The notes below the pieces were generated by a model. The model had not been told where the DNA came from, ran no database searches, and saw nothing but the letters and a program-made list of their open reading frames with translations. From an uncultured Pelagibacteraceae bacterium (lineage in GTDB: Bacteria > Pseudomonadota > Alphaproteobacteria > Pelagibacterales > Pelagibacteraceae), in assembly GCA_902554745.1 (NCBI GenBank), contig CACDQA010000001.1, positions 13,816 through 77,815 on the forward strand: 64,000 nucleotides of DNA. Direction: 5' to 3'. The position numbers and the translations under genes are program-made. This document shows positions 29,569 through 39,613 of this stretch, in pieces. The first letter of the stretch is position 1; each line of letters begins with the position of its first letter.

Positions 29569-30793
29569 TCATCTGTCACCCACAAATGAGTTAGAGGTTT
29601 CAGAACTAATCAAAGAAGCTTATAAAAAAAAACTTCCAATTGATATCCATGGAAGTAATAGTAAAAAATTTATTGGATACAATGTTCAAGCGGCAAAGAG
29701 CTTGGATCTTTCAAGCTTATCTGGTGTAATCGAATATCTTCCTGAGGAGCTGTATATAAAAGTCAAACCAGGAACATTGATAAAAGATATAGAAAATATT
29801 TTAGAAAAAAATAATCAAGAACTTTCATTTGAACCAACTGATTTTGGTTACCTTAATGATGGAAAATCAAATAAAGGAACAGCTGGTGGATGTGTTTCTT
29901 GCAATTTTGCTGGCTCAAGAAGATTTAAAGTTGGTAGCGTAAGAGATTTTATTTTAGGTTTTAGAGGGGTTAATGGAAAGGGCGATATAATTAAATCAGG
30001 AGGCACAGTTGTTAAAAATGTGACTGGATATGATTTGTCTAAATTAGTTAGTGGTTCTTTTGGAACATTGGTTGCTCTCACCGAAGTTACTTTAAAAATT
30101 TCAGCAAAAAAACCATCTCAAAATACAATTATAATTTATGAGAAAGATCCAAAAACAATTTCAGATTTATTTAATATGGTTTTGAGTTCTAGCAATGAAA
30201 TATCAGGTGCAGTGTTTGTGCCAGATGAACCTAAATCTAAAAAATTTACACCAAATAAAAGTAAAGCATTTAAATTAAATGATTTAGATCAAGAGGGTGC
30301 TTTTTTTGCAATCAGAATTGAAGGGGATCAAAACTCTATTAAAGAAAGAATTAAGGATATTTCAAATGAAATGAGTTTAAAAAAATACAAAACATCAAAT
30401 TTAGATATTTATCAATCAGATCTTTTTTGGAAAAGTATAAATAGTTTACAATTATTTTCTGAAACTAAAAATAATCTTTTAAGAGCGGTTGTGCCTCCTT
30501 CTAAGTCTGAAAAAATGATTAATTTTCTCAAAAATAAATATAGATATTTTATAGATTGGTCTGGGTCATTATTTTGGATTGAGGTACCTGGCGATGAAAA
30601 TATAAAAGAATTAAAAAATATAATAATTCAAAATGATGGGTATGTAACAATAATTAAAAAATCTGAGGATTTTGAATTTAATGAAAAATTATTCACAGTT
30701 GATGATATAAAATTAATGATATCAAAAAAAATTAAAGAGAGTTTTGATCCTAGAGGATTATTTAATCCTGGAAAAATGTATAAGGACTTTTAA
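29522..30793 (+). CDS. glcE: glycolate oxidase FAD-binding subunit GlcE (start uncertain)
   Basis: GGTVVKNVTGYDLSKL, GSFGTL and FDPRGLFNPG motifs; first in-frame ATG at 29522 overlaps glcD by 47 nt. Confidence 0.88.
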   Translation: MFTEEKKNSQIFQDSNHLSPTNELEVSELIKEAYKKKLPIDIHGSNSKKFIGYNVQAAKSLDLSSLSGVIEYLPEELYIKVKPGTLIKDIENILEKNNQELSFEPTDFGYLNDGKSNKGTAGGCVSCNFAGSRRFKVGSVRDFILGFRGVNGKGDIIKSGGTVVKNVTGYDLSKLVSGSFGTLVALTEVTLKISAKKPSQNTIIIYEKDPKTISDLFNMVLSSSNEISGAVFVPDEPKSKKFTPNKSKAFKLNDLDQEGAFFAIRIEGDQNSIKERIKDISNEMSLKKYKTSNLDIYQSDLFWKSINSLQLFSETKNNLLRAVVPPSKSEKMINFLKNKYRYFIDWSGSLFWIEVPGDENIKELKNIIIQNDGYVTIIKKSEDFEFNEKLFTVDDIKLMISKKIKESFDPRGLFNPGKMYKDF

Positions 30794-32082
30794 TGCAAAC
30801 AAATTTCACAGAAACTCAGCTTAAAGATAAAGACAATCAGTCTTCTGAAAAAATATTTAAAAAATGCGTTCATTGTGGAATGTGTAACGCAACGTGTCCT
30901 ACTTATGGAATTTTAGGAGACGAATTAGACGGCCCTAGAGGTAGAATATATTTAATTAAAGATATGTTGGAAAATAATAAAAAGCCAACTGAAAAAGTCG
31001 TGAAACATATAGATAGATGTCTTTCTTGCTACAGCTGTATGACGACATGCCCGGCTGGTGTTAATTACATGCATCTAATTGATCATGGAAAAAAATATAT
31101 CGAAAAAAATTATGAAAGATCTACTTTTGACAAATTAATTAGATATTTTTTATCTATTACTCTTCCGAATACTAAAGTTTTTAGATTATCAAGTTTTTTA
31201 GTTAAATTAAGTAAACCTTTCAAATTTTTAATGCCTTCAAGGATTAAAGATATGATCGATTTGATGCCAAGTAGTTTTCCAAAAAAAAATTTACCAATTA
31301 AGGAAGTTTATAAAGCTTCAGGTAAAAAGAAAGTTGCAAGGGTAGCGTTATTAACTGGTTGTGTACAAAAAGAAATATCTCCTCAAATAAATGAAGCAAC
31401 AATAAGATTATTAAATAGGCATGGTGTTGAGGTAGTTGTTTCAAAAAAAATTCGTTGCTGCGGATCATTAAATCATCATTTAGGAAAAGAGGAAGATGCT
31501 CATCAAGATTTTAAAAATAATATTAATACTTGGTATGAGGAGCATCAAAAAGGTAATTTAGATGCAATTTTATCAAACACATCAGGTTGTGGAACTACCA
31601 TGAAAGATTATGGATTTATTTTTAGAGATGATAAAGAGCTTAGTAAAAAAGCTAAAGTGATATCTGATTTAACAAGAGATATATCTGAATATATTTTTGA
31701 AAGTTTAAAATTAGATATTAAATCAAAAGCAAAAAAATATAAGGTTGCTTACCACTCTGCATGCTCAATGCAGCACGGGCAAAAAGTTCATGCTCAACCA
31801 ATATCTTTACTTGAAAAAACTAACAATGAAATAATGGAAATACCAGAGGGACATATATGTTGTGGATCAGCAGGAACTTACAACATCTTACAATCAAAAA
31901 TTGCAAAACAATTATTAGAGAAAAAAGTAAATAATATAGAGAGTTTAAATCCTGATTTTATCTCTACAGGAAATATTGGTTGTATTACCCAAATTTCTCA
32001 TGGTACTAAAGTTCCAATATTACATACAATTGAAGTTTTAGATTGGTACACTGGAGGACCAAAACCTGAAATTTTAAAATAA
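30793..32082 (+). CDS. glcF: glycolate oxidase iron-sulfur subunit GlcF
   Basis: CVHCGMCNATCP, CLSCYSCMTTCP and two CCG domains. Confidence 0.95.
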   Translation: MQTNFTETQLKDKDNQSSEKIFKKCVHCGMCNATCPTYGILGDELDGPRGRIYLIKDMLENNKKPTEKVVKHIDRCLSCYSCMTTCPAGVNYMHLIDHGKKYIEKNYERSTFDKLIRYFLSITLPNTKVFRLSSFLVKLSKPFKFLMPSRIKDMIDLMPSSFPKKNLPIKEVYKASGKKKVARVALLTGCVQKEISPQINEATIRLLNRHGVEVVVSKKIRCCGSLNHHLGKEEDAHQDFKNNINTWYEEHQKGNLDAILSNTSGCGTTMKDYGFIFRDDKELSKKAKVISDLTRDISEYIFESLKLDIKSKAKKYKVAYHSACSMQHGQKVHAQPISLLEKTNNEIMEIPEGHICCGSAGTYNILQSKIAKQLLEKKVNNIESLNPDFISTGNIGCITQISHGTKVPILHTIEVLDWYTGGPKPEILK

Positions 32083-32087
32083 AAATT

Positions 32088-33041
32088 ATGAAAAAGGTTT
32101 TAATTACAAGACGTTTAATAAGAGAAAGTGAAGACAAAGCATCTAAATTATTTGATGCTAAATTTAATACTAATGATGAACTTTATTCACAAAAAAAAAT
32201 TATTGAAATGAGTGAAGGATTTGATGGGATATTATCATCATTAACTGAAAAATTAGATGCAGAAACAATTAATCAATTACCAGAGTCTGTAAAAATTATT
32301 TCTAATTTTGCAGTTGGATTTGGAAATATTGATTTAGAAGCAGCAAAAAATAGAGGTATAGCAGTGACAAATACACCAGAGGTTTTATCAGATGCTACAG
32401 CAGAGATTGGAATTTTATTAATTCTAGGAGCATGCAGAAGAGCTTCTGAAGGGATTGAGTCTGCAAAAGAAGGTGGATGGATATGGTCTGCTGATTATTT
32501 AATTGGAAAACAATTAACGGGAACAAGATTAGGAATTTTAGGTATGGGTCGTATTGGTCAAAAAATTGCAAAAATTGCAAAATCTTTAGGTATGGTTATC
32601 CATTATCATAATCGTTCAAAATTAAGTGAAGATAAAGAACAAGGTGCAACATATCATGATAGTATAAAAAGTCTTTTTTCAGTTTCAGATGTTTTATCAA
32701 TTTGTTGTCCGGCAACTAAAGAAACAGAGAACTTAATTAATAAAGAGACTGTTGAGTATTTTCCGAAAGGCGCTGTCATAACTAATGTTGCTAGAGGTGA
32801 TATAGTTGATGATGAAGCTTTAATTGATGCATTGAATAGAAGAAAAATTTATGCAGCAGGATTAGATGTTTATAAAAATGAACCAAATTTAAATCCTGGC
32901 TATTTAAAAATTCCAAGTGCTTTTGTTTTACCTCATTTGGGTAGTGCAACAAAAGATACAAGAATTGCAATGGGAAATTTAGCAGTTGATAATCTAGATG
33001 AGTTTTTTAGAACTGGAAACTGTATCAATAAAGTAAATTAA
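32088..33041 (+). CDS. D-2-hydroxyacid dehydrogenase (glyoxylate/hydroxypyruvate reductase-like)
   Basis: VTNTP, GMGRIG, NVARG, GLDVY..EP and PHLGSAT motifs. Confidence 0.9.
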   Translation: MKKVLITRRLIRESEDKASKLFDAKFNTNDELYSQKKIIEMSEGFDGILSSLTEKLDAETINQLPESVKIISNFAVGFGNIDLEAAKNRGIAVTNTPEVLSDATAEIGILLILGACRRASEGIESAKEGGWIWSADYLIGKQLTGTRLGILGMGRIGQKIAKIAKSLGMVIHYHNRSKLSEDKEQGATYHDSIKSLFSVSDVLSICCPATKETENLINKETVEYFPKGAVITNVARGDIVDDEALIDALNRRKIYAAGLDVYKNEPNLNPGYLKIPSAFVLPHLGSATKDTRIAMGNLAVDNLDEFFRTGNCINKVN

Positions 33042-33042
33042 A

Positions 33043-33957
33043 ATGTCTCAATCGATAGCTTTCATCGGCGTTGGTAACATGGGTTGTCCGATGGCTGAAA
33101 ATTTAATGAAGGCTGGTAAATCTGTGAAAGTTTATGATGTCTCAAAAAAAATGCTTGAGATTTCAAGAGACAAAAATCTTGAAACAACCGAAAATTTAGA
33201 TGACCTAATTACAGATGATGTAGAAACAGTTATTACTATGCTTCCAGAAGGTAAGCATTCTAAGGAAGTTTATTTAGGAGAAAATGGAATAATAAATAGA
33301 GTTTCGAAAGATTGTCTTTTAATCGATTGTTCAACAATTGATATTCAAACTTGTATCGAGATTGGGAAAAAAGCTTCAGAATTAGGAATTGAAATGATTG
33401 ATGCACCGGTTAGTGGTGGAGTAATGGGGGCTCAAAAAGCAACTTTAAATATAATGGTTGGTGGATCTAAAGTAGCATATGAAAAAGCACTTCCTTTATT
33501 AAAAATCATGGGAAAAAATATATTTCATGCAGGTGATTTAGGTAGTGGGAATGGTGCTAAGATTTGTAACAATATGGCCCTAGGAATTGCAATGATTGCT
33601 GCTTCAGAGTCATTAATGTTAGCAAAAAGATTAAATATAGATATTAAAAAAGTTCACGAAATTATGAAAAATGCATCAGGTAACAGTTGGCCAATTTCTG
33701 TTTATCCACCTTTGCCTGGTTTAATTGATGGCACGCCCTCAAATAATAATTATCGTCCGGGTTTCTCTGCAGGAATGATGAATAAAGATCTTAAACTTGC
33801 AAATGATTGTGCGAAAAGCGTAAATGCTCAAACACCATTAGGAAAAATGGCTCTAGAAATTTATGACCAATTTTGTAAAGAAGGAAATGAAACTAAAGAT
33901 TTTTCAGCGATTTCTAAAGTTATAGGCGGTAATGCTTGGGATTATCCGATTGATTAA
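33043..33957 (+). CDS. mmsB: 3-hydroxyisobutyrate dehydrogenase
   Basis: FIGVGNMGCPMA, TMLP, DAPVSGG, KICNN and KDFS motifs. Confidence 0.88.
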   Translation: MSQSIAFIGVGNMGCPMAENLMKAGKSVKVYDVSKKMLEISRDKNLETTENLDDLITDDVETVITMLPEGKHSKEVYLGENGIINRVSKDCLLIDCSTIDIQTCIEIGKKASELGIEMIDAPVSGGVMGAQKATLNIMVGGSKVAYEKALPLLKIMGKNIFHAGDLGSGNGAKICNNMALGIAMIAASESLMLAKRLNIDIKKVHEIMKNASGNSWPISVYPPLPGLIDGTPSNNNYRPGFSAGMMNKDLKLANDCAKSVNAQTPLGKMALEIYDQFCKEGNETKDFSAISKVIGGNAWDYPID

Positions 33958-33963
33958 GTAAAT

Positions 33964-35052
33964 TTATTGTAAGTGTTTATAAATTGTTGTTCTAGAAACA
34001 CCTAATTTTCTAGAAGTTGCAGAGATATTATTTGTTTCATTAAAAGTTGATCTAATTAAAGTACATTTCTCTCTTTTGATTTTTGTATCCTCACAATTTT
34101 TACAAGTACTCCTTTTCGTTTCTTTTTTTGTTTCAACAAATTTGTTTTTCTTAAATATTTGACTTTTGACCACAAAAACAGATGAGCCTAAATGATCGGT
34201 GATTTTTAATGTTTTATTATTTAATAAATCTGATGCAATAGATGAAAATGAATTTGTAAAAATTTTATTAAAATTTTCATTTTTAAGATCTACTAATCCA
34301 TTAAGCATAATTTTTGCATTAATGTTAGCACCTACAATTAGACCATCTCCATTGACAGCCAACAAACCAACACTTGTTGTTGACAAATATTCTTGTCGAG
34401 GATGAAAGGATAAAATTAATTCATTCTCAAACTTTTTTAAAAATAATTTTGTTTCGATACTTCTCGTTGCTAGTTTCACTAAAGCTAGAGTATGTTGCTC
34501 TCTAGACATATAGTCAGTTGAAGCATCTATAATTCCAATAGTCTTACCGTCATAATTAATTATTGGACTTGCGAAACAAGATATATTTTCATGTGCTGTA
34601 AAAAAATGTTCTTTACCAGAGACTATTGTTGGTTTTTTTAATTCAACGGATAATCCTAAACCATTTGTACCACAAATCTTCTCAGCCCATATAGATCCTG
34701 GTACAACTGTTTTACCTACGTCGGTTTGAAGACAAGTTTTGTCATATATTGTATCGAGTACTAACCCATTCTCATCTGAATATGCGACCATAAAATTAGT
34801 TCCAGCAATTTGCGAGTATAAAAGTTCTAATTCTGGGAGAACTATTTTTCTAAGAGCTTCATTTTTTTCTTTGATTTCTTTTAATTGAACAGAGGATACA
34901 ACGCATTGTTTTGGATCTTTAAATGGATCAAGACCCTTTACGATGCATCTTGACCAACTATCAGAAATCTCCTTGCCCATTCCATAAGACGTCATTCCTC
35001 TTTTTTTTAGGATATCTTTGAACTCTTTTTTTATTGAAGATAAGTTTCCCAT
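33964..35052 (-). CDS. AcoR-like GAF-PAS-HTH(Fis) regulator lacking the sigma-54 AAA+ domain
   Basis: SWSRC and W.E...GTNGLG GAF motifs; NISATSRKLGVSRTTIYKHL HTH; no Walker A or GAFTGA. Start ATG 35052 preferred because the longer ORF overlaps the divergent promoter. Confidence 0.85.
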   Translation of the reverse strand: MGNLSSIKKEFKDILKKRGMTSYGMGKEISDSWSRCIVKGLDPFKDPKQCVVSSVQLKEIKEKNEALRKIVLPELELLYSQIAGTNFMVAYSDENGLVLDTIYDKTCLQTDVGKTVVPGSIWAEKICGTNGLGLSVELKKPTIVSGKEHFFTAHENISCFASPIINYDGKTIGIIDASTDYMSREQHTLALVKLATRSIETKLFLKKFENELILSFHPRQEYLSTTSVGLLAVNGDGLIVGANINAKIMLNGLVDLKNENFNKIFTNSFSSIASDLLNNKTLKITDHLGSSVFVVKSQIFKKNKFVETKKETKRSTCKNCEDTKIKREKCTLIRSTFNETNNISATSRKLGVSRTTIYKHLQ

Positions 35053-35105
35053 TTCAAAAAGATAATTAAAAATAGTGTATTCAACAACTAACCACAGGTT
35101 GTATT

Positions 35106-35122
35106 TGTCCACTAATTGAACA
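35106..35122. promoter_or_regulatory. candidate operator TGT-N11-ACA
   Basis: TGTCCACTAATTGAACA is an imperfect palindrome ending 13 nt upstream of the -35 box. Confidence 0.5.
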
Positions 35123-35135
35123 CTTAAAAGCGGCA

Positions 35136-35164
35136 TTGACTCCATAGCAATTCAATTTTTTAAT
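35136..35164 (+). promoter_or_regulatory. sigma-70 promoter of the adh-ABC operon
   Basis: TTGACT-N17-TTTAAT. Confidence 0.6.
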
Positions 35165-35196
35165 ACTGTTTTAGAAATTAAAAGGGAGAGAAAACG

Positions 35197-36258
35197 ATGA
35201 AAGCACAGGTTTTGCACAAGTATGACCCAGAAATGAAAGAAAAAGTTTGGGTTACAGGTGAAGAAATGCCAGATCCAAAAATTGAAAAGGCATCAGATGT
35301 AATTGTTAAAATTGGTGCTGCAGGGGTTTGCAGAACAGATTTACATATAATTGAAGGAGTATGGAAACATATTCAAGATCCAGATGGAACTTTATTACCA
35401 TGTGTAATGGGACATGAAAATGCTGGATGGGTAGAGGATGTTGGTAAAGACGTAACTGATTTTAAAAAAGGTGATCCAGTTATTTTACATCCATTAATTT
35501 CAGGAACAGGTGGTACTTGTTTGGACTGCAGAAGAGGTAATGATATGCATGCTGCTGCTGGAGCATTCCCTGGATTAAGTATTAAAGAAGGTGGATACTC
35601 TGAGTTATTAAAAACAAGTGTTAGAAATTTAATTAAACTTCCAAAAGTTTTAGCACCTAAAGATGTAGCACCTTTTTCAGATGCAGGTCTTACAGCTTAC
35701 AGAGTTGTTAAAAAAGCAACTAGACATTTATTGCCAGGTCAAAGCTGTACAATAATTGGTGCTGGAGGTTTGGGACATATTGCTATTCAATGTTTGAAAG
35801 CAATGTGTGCTGCTGACATTATTATAGTTGAGAAATCTGAAACAGCCTTAAAACATGCAATGGAACTTGGTGGTGATCACGGAGTTTTAATTGATGGAAA
35901 CGAAATTGAAAAAATTCAAGAACTAACTAAAGGTAAAGGTTCTGAAGCGGTTATTGATTTCGTAGGTGAAAAAGGATCTACTGCCATGGGAATTCAAATG
36001 ACTTCCAATGGTGGTTTTTACTACATTGTTGGATACGGAGAAGAAATTAAATCATTAGCAGTTGATTTAATTATTTCTGAAAAAACAATTGTAGGTAATT
36101 TAGTGGGAACGTGGTCTGAGTTATATGAATTGATGGAGTTAGCTGATCGAGGAAAAGTGAAGCTATCTATGCAAGAATATAAATTAGACGATGCTAATAA
36201 AGCGCTCCATGATCTTAACGAAGGTAAGGTTAAGGGAAGAGCTGTTTTAGTTCCATAA
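35197..36258 (+). CDS. Zn-dependent NAD(P) alcohol dehydrogenase
   Basis: GVCRTDLH, GHENAG, DAGLTAY, GAGGLG and GRAVLVP motifs; SD GGGAG. Confidence 0.92.
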   Translation: MKAQVLHKYDPEMKEKVWVTGEEMPDPKIEKASDVIVKIGAAGVCRTDLHIIEGVWKHIQDPDGTLLPCVMGHENAGWVEDVGKDVTDFKKGDPVILHPLISGTGGTCLDCRRGNDMHAAAGAFPGLSIKEGGYSELLKTSVRNLIKLPKVLAPKDVAPFSDAGLTAYRVVKKATRHLLPGQSCTIIGAGGLGHIAIQCLKAMCAADIIIVEKSETALKHAMELGGDHGVLIDGNEIEKIQELTKGKGSEAVIDFVGEKGSTAMGIQMTSNGGFYYIVGYGEEIKSLAVDLIISEKTIVGNLVGTWSELYELMELADRGKVKLSMQEYKLDDANKALHDLNEGKVKGRAVLVP

Positions 36259-36284
36259 TTAAGTAAAGGAAGAGAGAGGTAATA

Positions 36285-37823
36285 ATGAAAATAATGAAAA
36301 CTTGCTTGACGGCTATCATATCAAGTTTGATGATATTTAGTCCTATGGCATATGCTGATAAGTGGAGCGATCAGTTTCCACATATCAAAGCTACAGGAGA
36401 TATTCCTGGTGATTGCTCTTATGAAGAAATTTCTAAGAAAGATTACAAAGGAAAAACTCTTAAAATAAATACGCACGCGGTACCTGTAATGGGAGAGCCG
36501 ACAGCCTTACATGCTGAACAGTTCGAAAAACTTACAGGAGCAACAGTTGAAGTTACTCATACACCTGCTGGTGATTTGTATTCTAAAGCTATGGTTCCTT
36601 TTCAAGCTGGACAAGCACCTTATGATGTTGTTTTCGGTTTCTCAAATTTCATTAACGATTGGAAAAGATATCTAGCGCCAGTACCAAAGAAGTACATGAA
36701 ATCAAAAGAGATGAAAGATGTAACAAAATCTCATGTTGGTGTGTCTTCATGGGATGGTACAATGTATCAATATCCCGTAGATGGTGACAGACACTATCTA
36801 AAATATAGAAAAGACGTTATTGATAATCCTGAGTACCAAAAGCAATATAAAGAGGCCACAGGTAAAGAGTTAAGAGTTCCACAAACTTGGAAAGAATATG
36901 CTGAAATGGCAAAATATTTCAACGGCTGGGACTGGGATGGTGATGGTGAATTAGAATATGGTTCAGCTGAAGTTATGAAAAAAGACGACTTAATGTTTGC
37001 AGCTTTTTTCAGCAGATCAGTTGCTTATGCTAAAAACCCTAGAACTCCAGGTGGTTTCTTTTTTGATTTAGAAACCATGAAACCAAACATCAATAACCCA
37101 GGATTTGTTGAAGCATTAACAGATTGGGTTGAAGCTACTAAATATGTTCCTCCAGGAGGAACTAATTTTGGTCTAGGTGATGAAATCGGATCATTCGGTG
37201 GTGGACAAACTTTATTTAGTTTCTCTTGGGATGATGCATTTATTGCAGCGATGCAAGACGACAGTCCAATTAAAAACAAAGTAGGCGCAGCTCCTCTTCC
37301 AGGTGCTGACAGAGTTTGGAATAGAGATACTAATAGTTGGGAAAACCAATATAACCAAGCTCCATACATAGTTTGGGGTTGGGCAGTAGGTGTTGCTAAG
37401 AAGAGTAAAGTACAAGAGATGGCATTTGATTATCTATGCTTCTTTTCTAATGGAGCAAATCACCAAGCTGACTTAGCAATAGGAAGATTTGGTGTTAATC
37501 CATTTAAAAACTCTGATTTTGATCCTAATATTTACATCAATAGTATGGGTTGGGATCCGGAGATTGCTAATAGCTACACTAAAACACTTTTAGATATGGA
37601 AAAAAGTAAAAACAGAGTTTTCCCTCTAAGAGTTCCAGGTGTATTTGAATTTACAAGTGCTGTTGCAACAGGAACCTCGAAAGCCCTTGCAGGACAATTA
37701 TCTCCTCAAGAGGCTTTAGATGAAGTTGCAAAAGAATGGGAAGCAATTGTAGGCAGAGTAGGTAAAAAAGCAGTTCAAGATGCCTATGCTGTTGGTGTCA
37801 AAATGGAAGACAACAAGCTATAA
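36285..37823 (+). CDS. carbohydrate-type ABC transporter solute-binding protein
   Basis: Signal peptide, YRKD, PQTWKE and SPQEALDE motifs; DWDGDG loop; strong SD. Confidence 0.88.
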   Translation: MKIMKTCLTAIISSLMIFSPMAYADKWSDQFPHIKATGDIPGDCSYEEISKKDYKGKTLKINTHAVPVMGEPTALHAEQFEKLTGATVEVTHTPAGDLYSKAMVPFQAGQAPYDVVFGFSNFINDWKRYLAPVPKKYMKSKEMKDVTKSHVGVSSWDGTMYQYPVDGDRHYLKYRKDVIDNPEYQKQYKEATGKELRVPQTWKEYAEMAKYFNGWDWDGDGELEYGSAEVMKKDDLMFAAFFSRSVAYAKNPRTPGGFFFDLETMKPNINNPGFVEALTDWVEATKYVPPGGTNFGLGDEIGSFGGGQTLFSFSWDDAFIAAMQDDSPIKNKVGAAPLPGADRVWNRDTNSWENQYNQAPYIVWGWAVGVAKKSKVQEMAFDYLCFFSNGANHQADLAIGRFGVNPFKNSDFDPNIYINSMGWDPEIANSYTKTLLDMEKSKNRVFPLRVPGVFEFTSAVATGTSKALAGQLSPQEALDEVAKEWEAIVGRVGKKAVQDAYAVGVKMEDNKL

Positions 37824-37836
37824 TAAAAAAATACTT

Positions 37837-37866
37837 TATGTGGCCATTAATTTAAATGGCCACATA
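37837..37866 (+). terminator. 12-bp intercistronic hairpin after the binding-protein gene
   Basis: TATGTGGCCATT / AATGGCCACATA; no U-tract on +, so it may stabilise mRNA rather than terminate. Confidence 0.6.
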
Positions 37867-37898
37867 TAATAAAAATATTATAATCCTTTTTTATATAA

Positions 37899-38762
37899 AT
37901 GAATTTTAAGCATAAATATTTCTTCCTGTTTCCAGGTTTATTTGTGTTAATAGGAATATTAATTTTTCCAATAATTTTCGTCGTAAGATTAAGTTTATCT
38001 GGATGGAATAGTTATAATCCAGGTTTAGATTTTATTGGATTAGATAATTATATAAGATTATTTACGGATGACCCAAGGTTTTGGGAATCATTTTTTAGAT
38101 TAAGTTTTTTATCAGTTACAACTGTTGTGCTTCAATACGTAATAGGTTTTGCATTAGCGCATATGGTTTGGAAAGATATTAAATTCAAAAGGTTTTTCAG
38201 AGTTCTTTTTTTAGTTCCAATGATGACCACGCCAGTAATTATGACAGTTATTTGGAGAACCTTTTTTCATGAATCGCTTGGACCAGTAAATGATATATTA
38301 TCAAATTTTGGATTTTCGCCAAAATGGTTAACAGATCCAGCACTTGCAAAGTTTACAGTAATTATTGTTGAAGTTTGGCAGTGGACACCATTTATGTTTT
38401 TGCTTTTATTAGCTGGTTTATTGTCTTTGCCTAAAGAACCATTTTTGGCTGCAGCTATTGACGGAGCAAGCCCAGTTAGAAAATTTATATATGTAACATT
38501 TCCTTTAATGGCACCCATATCTATAGGAGCAATAATTATAAGGCTTATAGAAGCATCAAAAATTATGGACACAGTTTATGTTTTAACTTCAGGTGGGCCA
38601 GGAACTTCCACAGAAACATCAAGTTTTTACATATTCATTAAAGGGTTAAGAGAGTTTCAAATGGGATATGCAGCATCTATGTCGTTCACATATTTAATAA
38701 TTATGATCATTAGTTTAACGATTATTGCTAAAGTATTAACTAAGCTTTTATTAAAGGAATAA
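37899..38762 (+). CDS. CUT1 ABC permease (MalF-like)
   Basis: FIGLDNY, WQWTPF and AAAIDGA loop. Confidence 0.92.
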   Translation: MNFKHKYFFLFPGLFVLIGILIFPIIFVVRLSLSGWNSYNPGLDFIGLDNYIRLFTDDPRFWESFFRLSFLSVTTVVLQYVIGFALAHMVWKDIKFKRFFRVLFLVPMMTTPVIMTVIWRTFFHESLGPVNDILSNFGFSPKWLTDPALAKFTVIIVEVWQWTPFMFLLLLAGLLSLPKEPFLAAAIDGASPVRKFIYVTFPLMAPISIGAIIIRLIEASKIMDTVYVLTSGGPGTSTETSSFYIFIKGLREFQMGYAASMSFTYLIIMIISLTIIAKVLTKLLLKE

Positions 38763-38764
38763 AA

Positions 38765-39613
38765 ATGAATAAGCTTTATACTTTTTTAAAATATTTTTTT
38801 ATAGTGTTTTGGGCAGTCTTCGTTGTTGCACCTTTTCTTTGGGCTTTGACCACTTCCTTTAAGGATTTTCAATCAGTAAACGGAGGCGTAACATATATTC
38901 CATGGGTTGATTTTGAACCTAATTTAGAGGGCTGGAAAGTTTTAATTAAATCTCCAGCAAAAGGAGGAGTTGATATAGTTGAGCCTTATTTTAATAGTTT
39001 ATTTGTGACTTGCACAGCAAGTTTTATCAGTATTGTTTTAGGAACTTTGTCAGCATATGCTTTATCAAGATACACTTTTAAAGCTGGTTTTGTTAAAAAT
39101 AATGACATTACTTTTTTCTTTATATCTCAAAGAATTATGCCACCAATCGTATTATCTATTCCATTTTTCTTATTTTTAAGTTCAATTAATTTACTAGATA
39201 GTCTCGTTGGATTAATTCTTGTTTATATAGTTTTACTTATGCCTATCGCAGTATGGATCATGGTAGACTTTTTTAATAAAGTTCCTAGAGAAATTGATGA
39301 AACAGCTTTAATTGATGGTTGTAATCCGTATCAGGCCTTCTTAAAAGTTGTTTTACCAAACTCAATACCTGGATTAATTGTAGCAGGAATGTTTTGTATA
39401 ATTTTTGGATGGATTGATTTTTTCTTTGCCTTTATTCTAACATTTACAGAGGTGCAACTATTACCTGTTAAAATTGTTGCATTAAATTCATCAGTAACTC
39501 CTTGGTGGAGCTTATCAGCATCAGCTTTAGTTTCAGTAGCACCATTAATTATTGTTGCATTTATAGTTGAACGATATTTATCAAAAGGAAATTTGTCAGG
39601 AGCTATTAAGTAA
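38765..39613 (+). CDS. CUT1 ABC permease (MalG-like)
   Basis: TSFK, AYALSR and PREIDETALIDG loop. Confidence 0.92.
   Translation: MNKLYTFLKYFFIVFWAVFVVAPFLWALTTSFKDFQSVNGGVTYIPWVDFEPNLEGWKVLIKSPAKGGVDIVEPYFNSLFVTCTASFISIVLGTLSAYALSRYTFKAGFVKNNDITFFFISQRIMPPIVLSIPFFLFLSSINLLDSLVGLILVYIVLLMPIAVWIMVDFFNKVPREIDETALIDGCNPYQAFLKVVLPNSIPGLIVAGMFCIIFGWIDFFFAFILTFTEVQLLPVKIVALNSSVTPWWSLSASALVSVAPLIIVAFIVERYLSKGNLSGAIK

Noticed and set aside
35053-35145. 31-aa N-terminal extension of the GAF regulator
   Set aside because: Overlaps the divergent promoter and operator; ATG 35052 is more plausible
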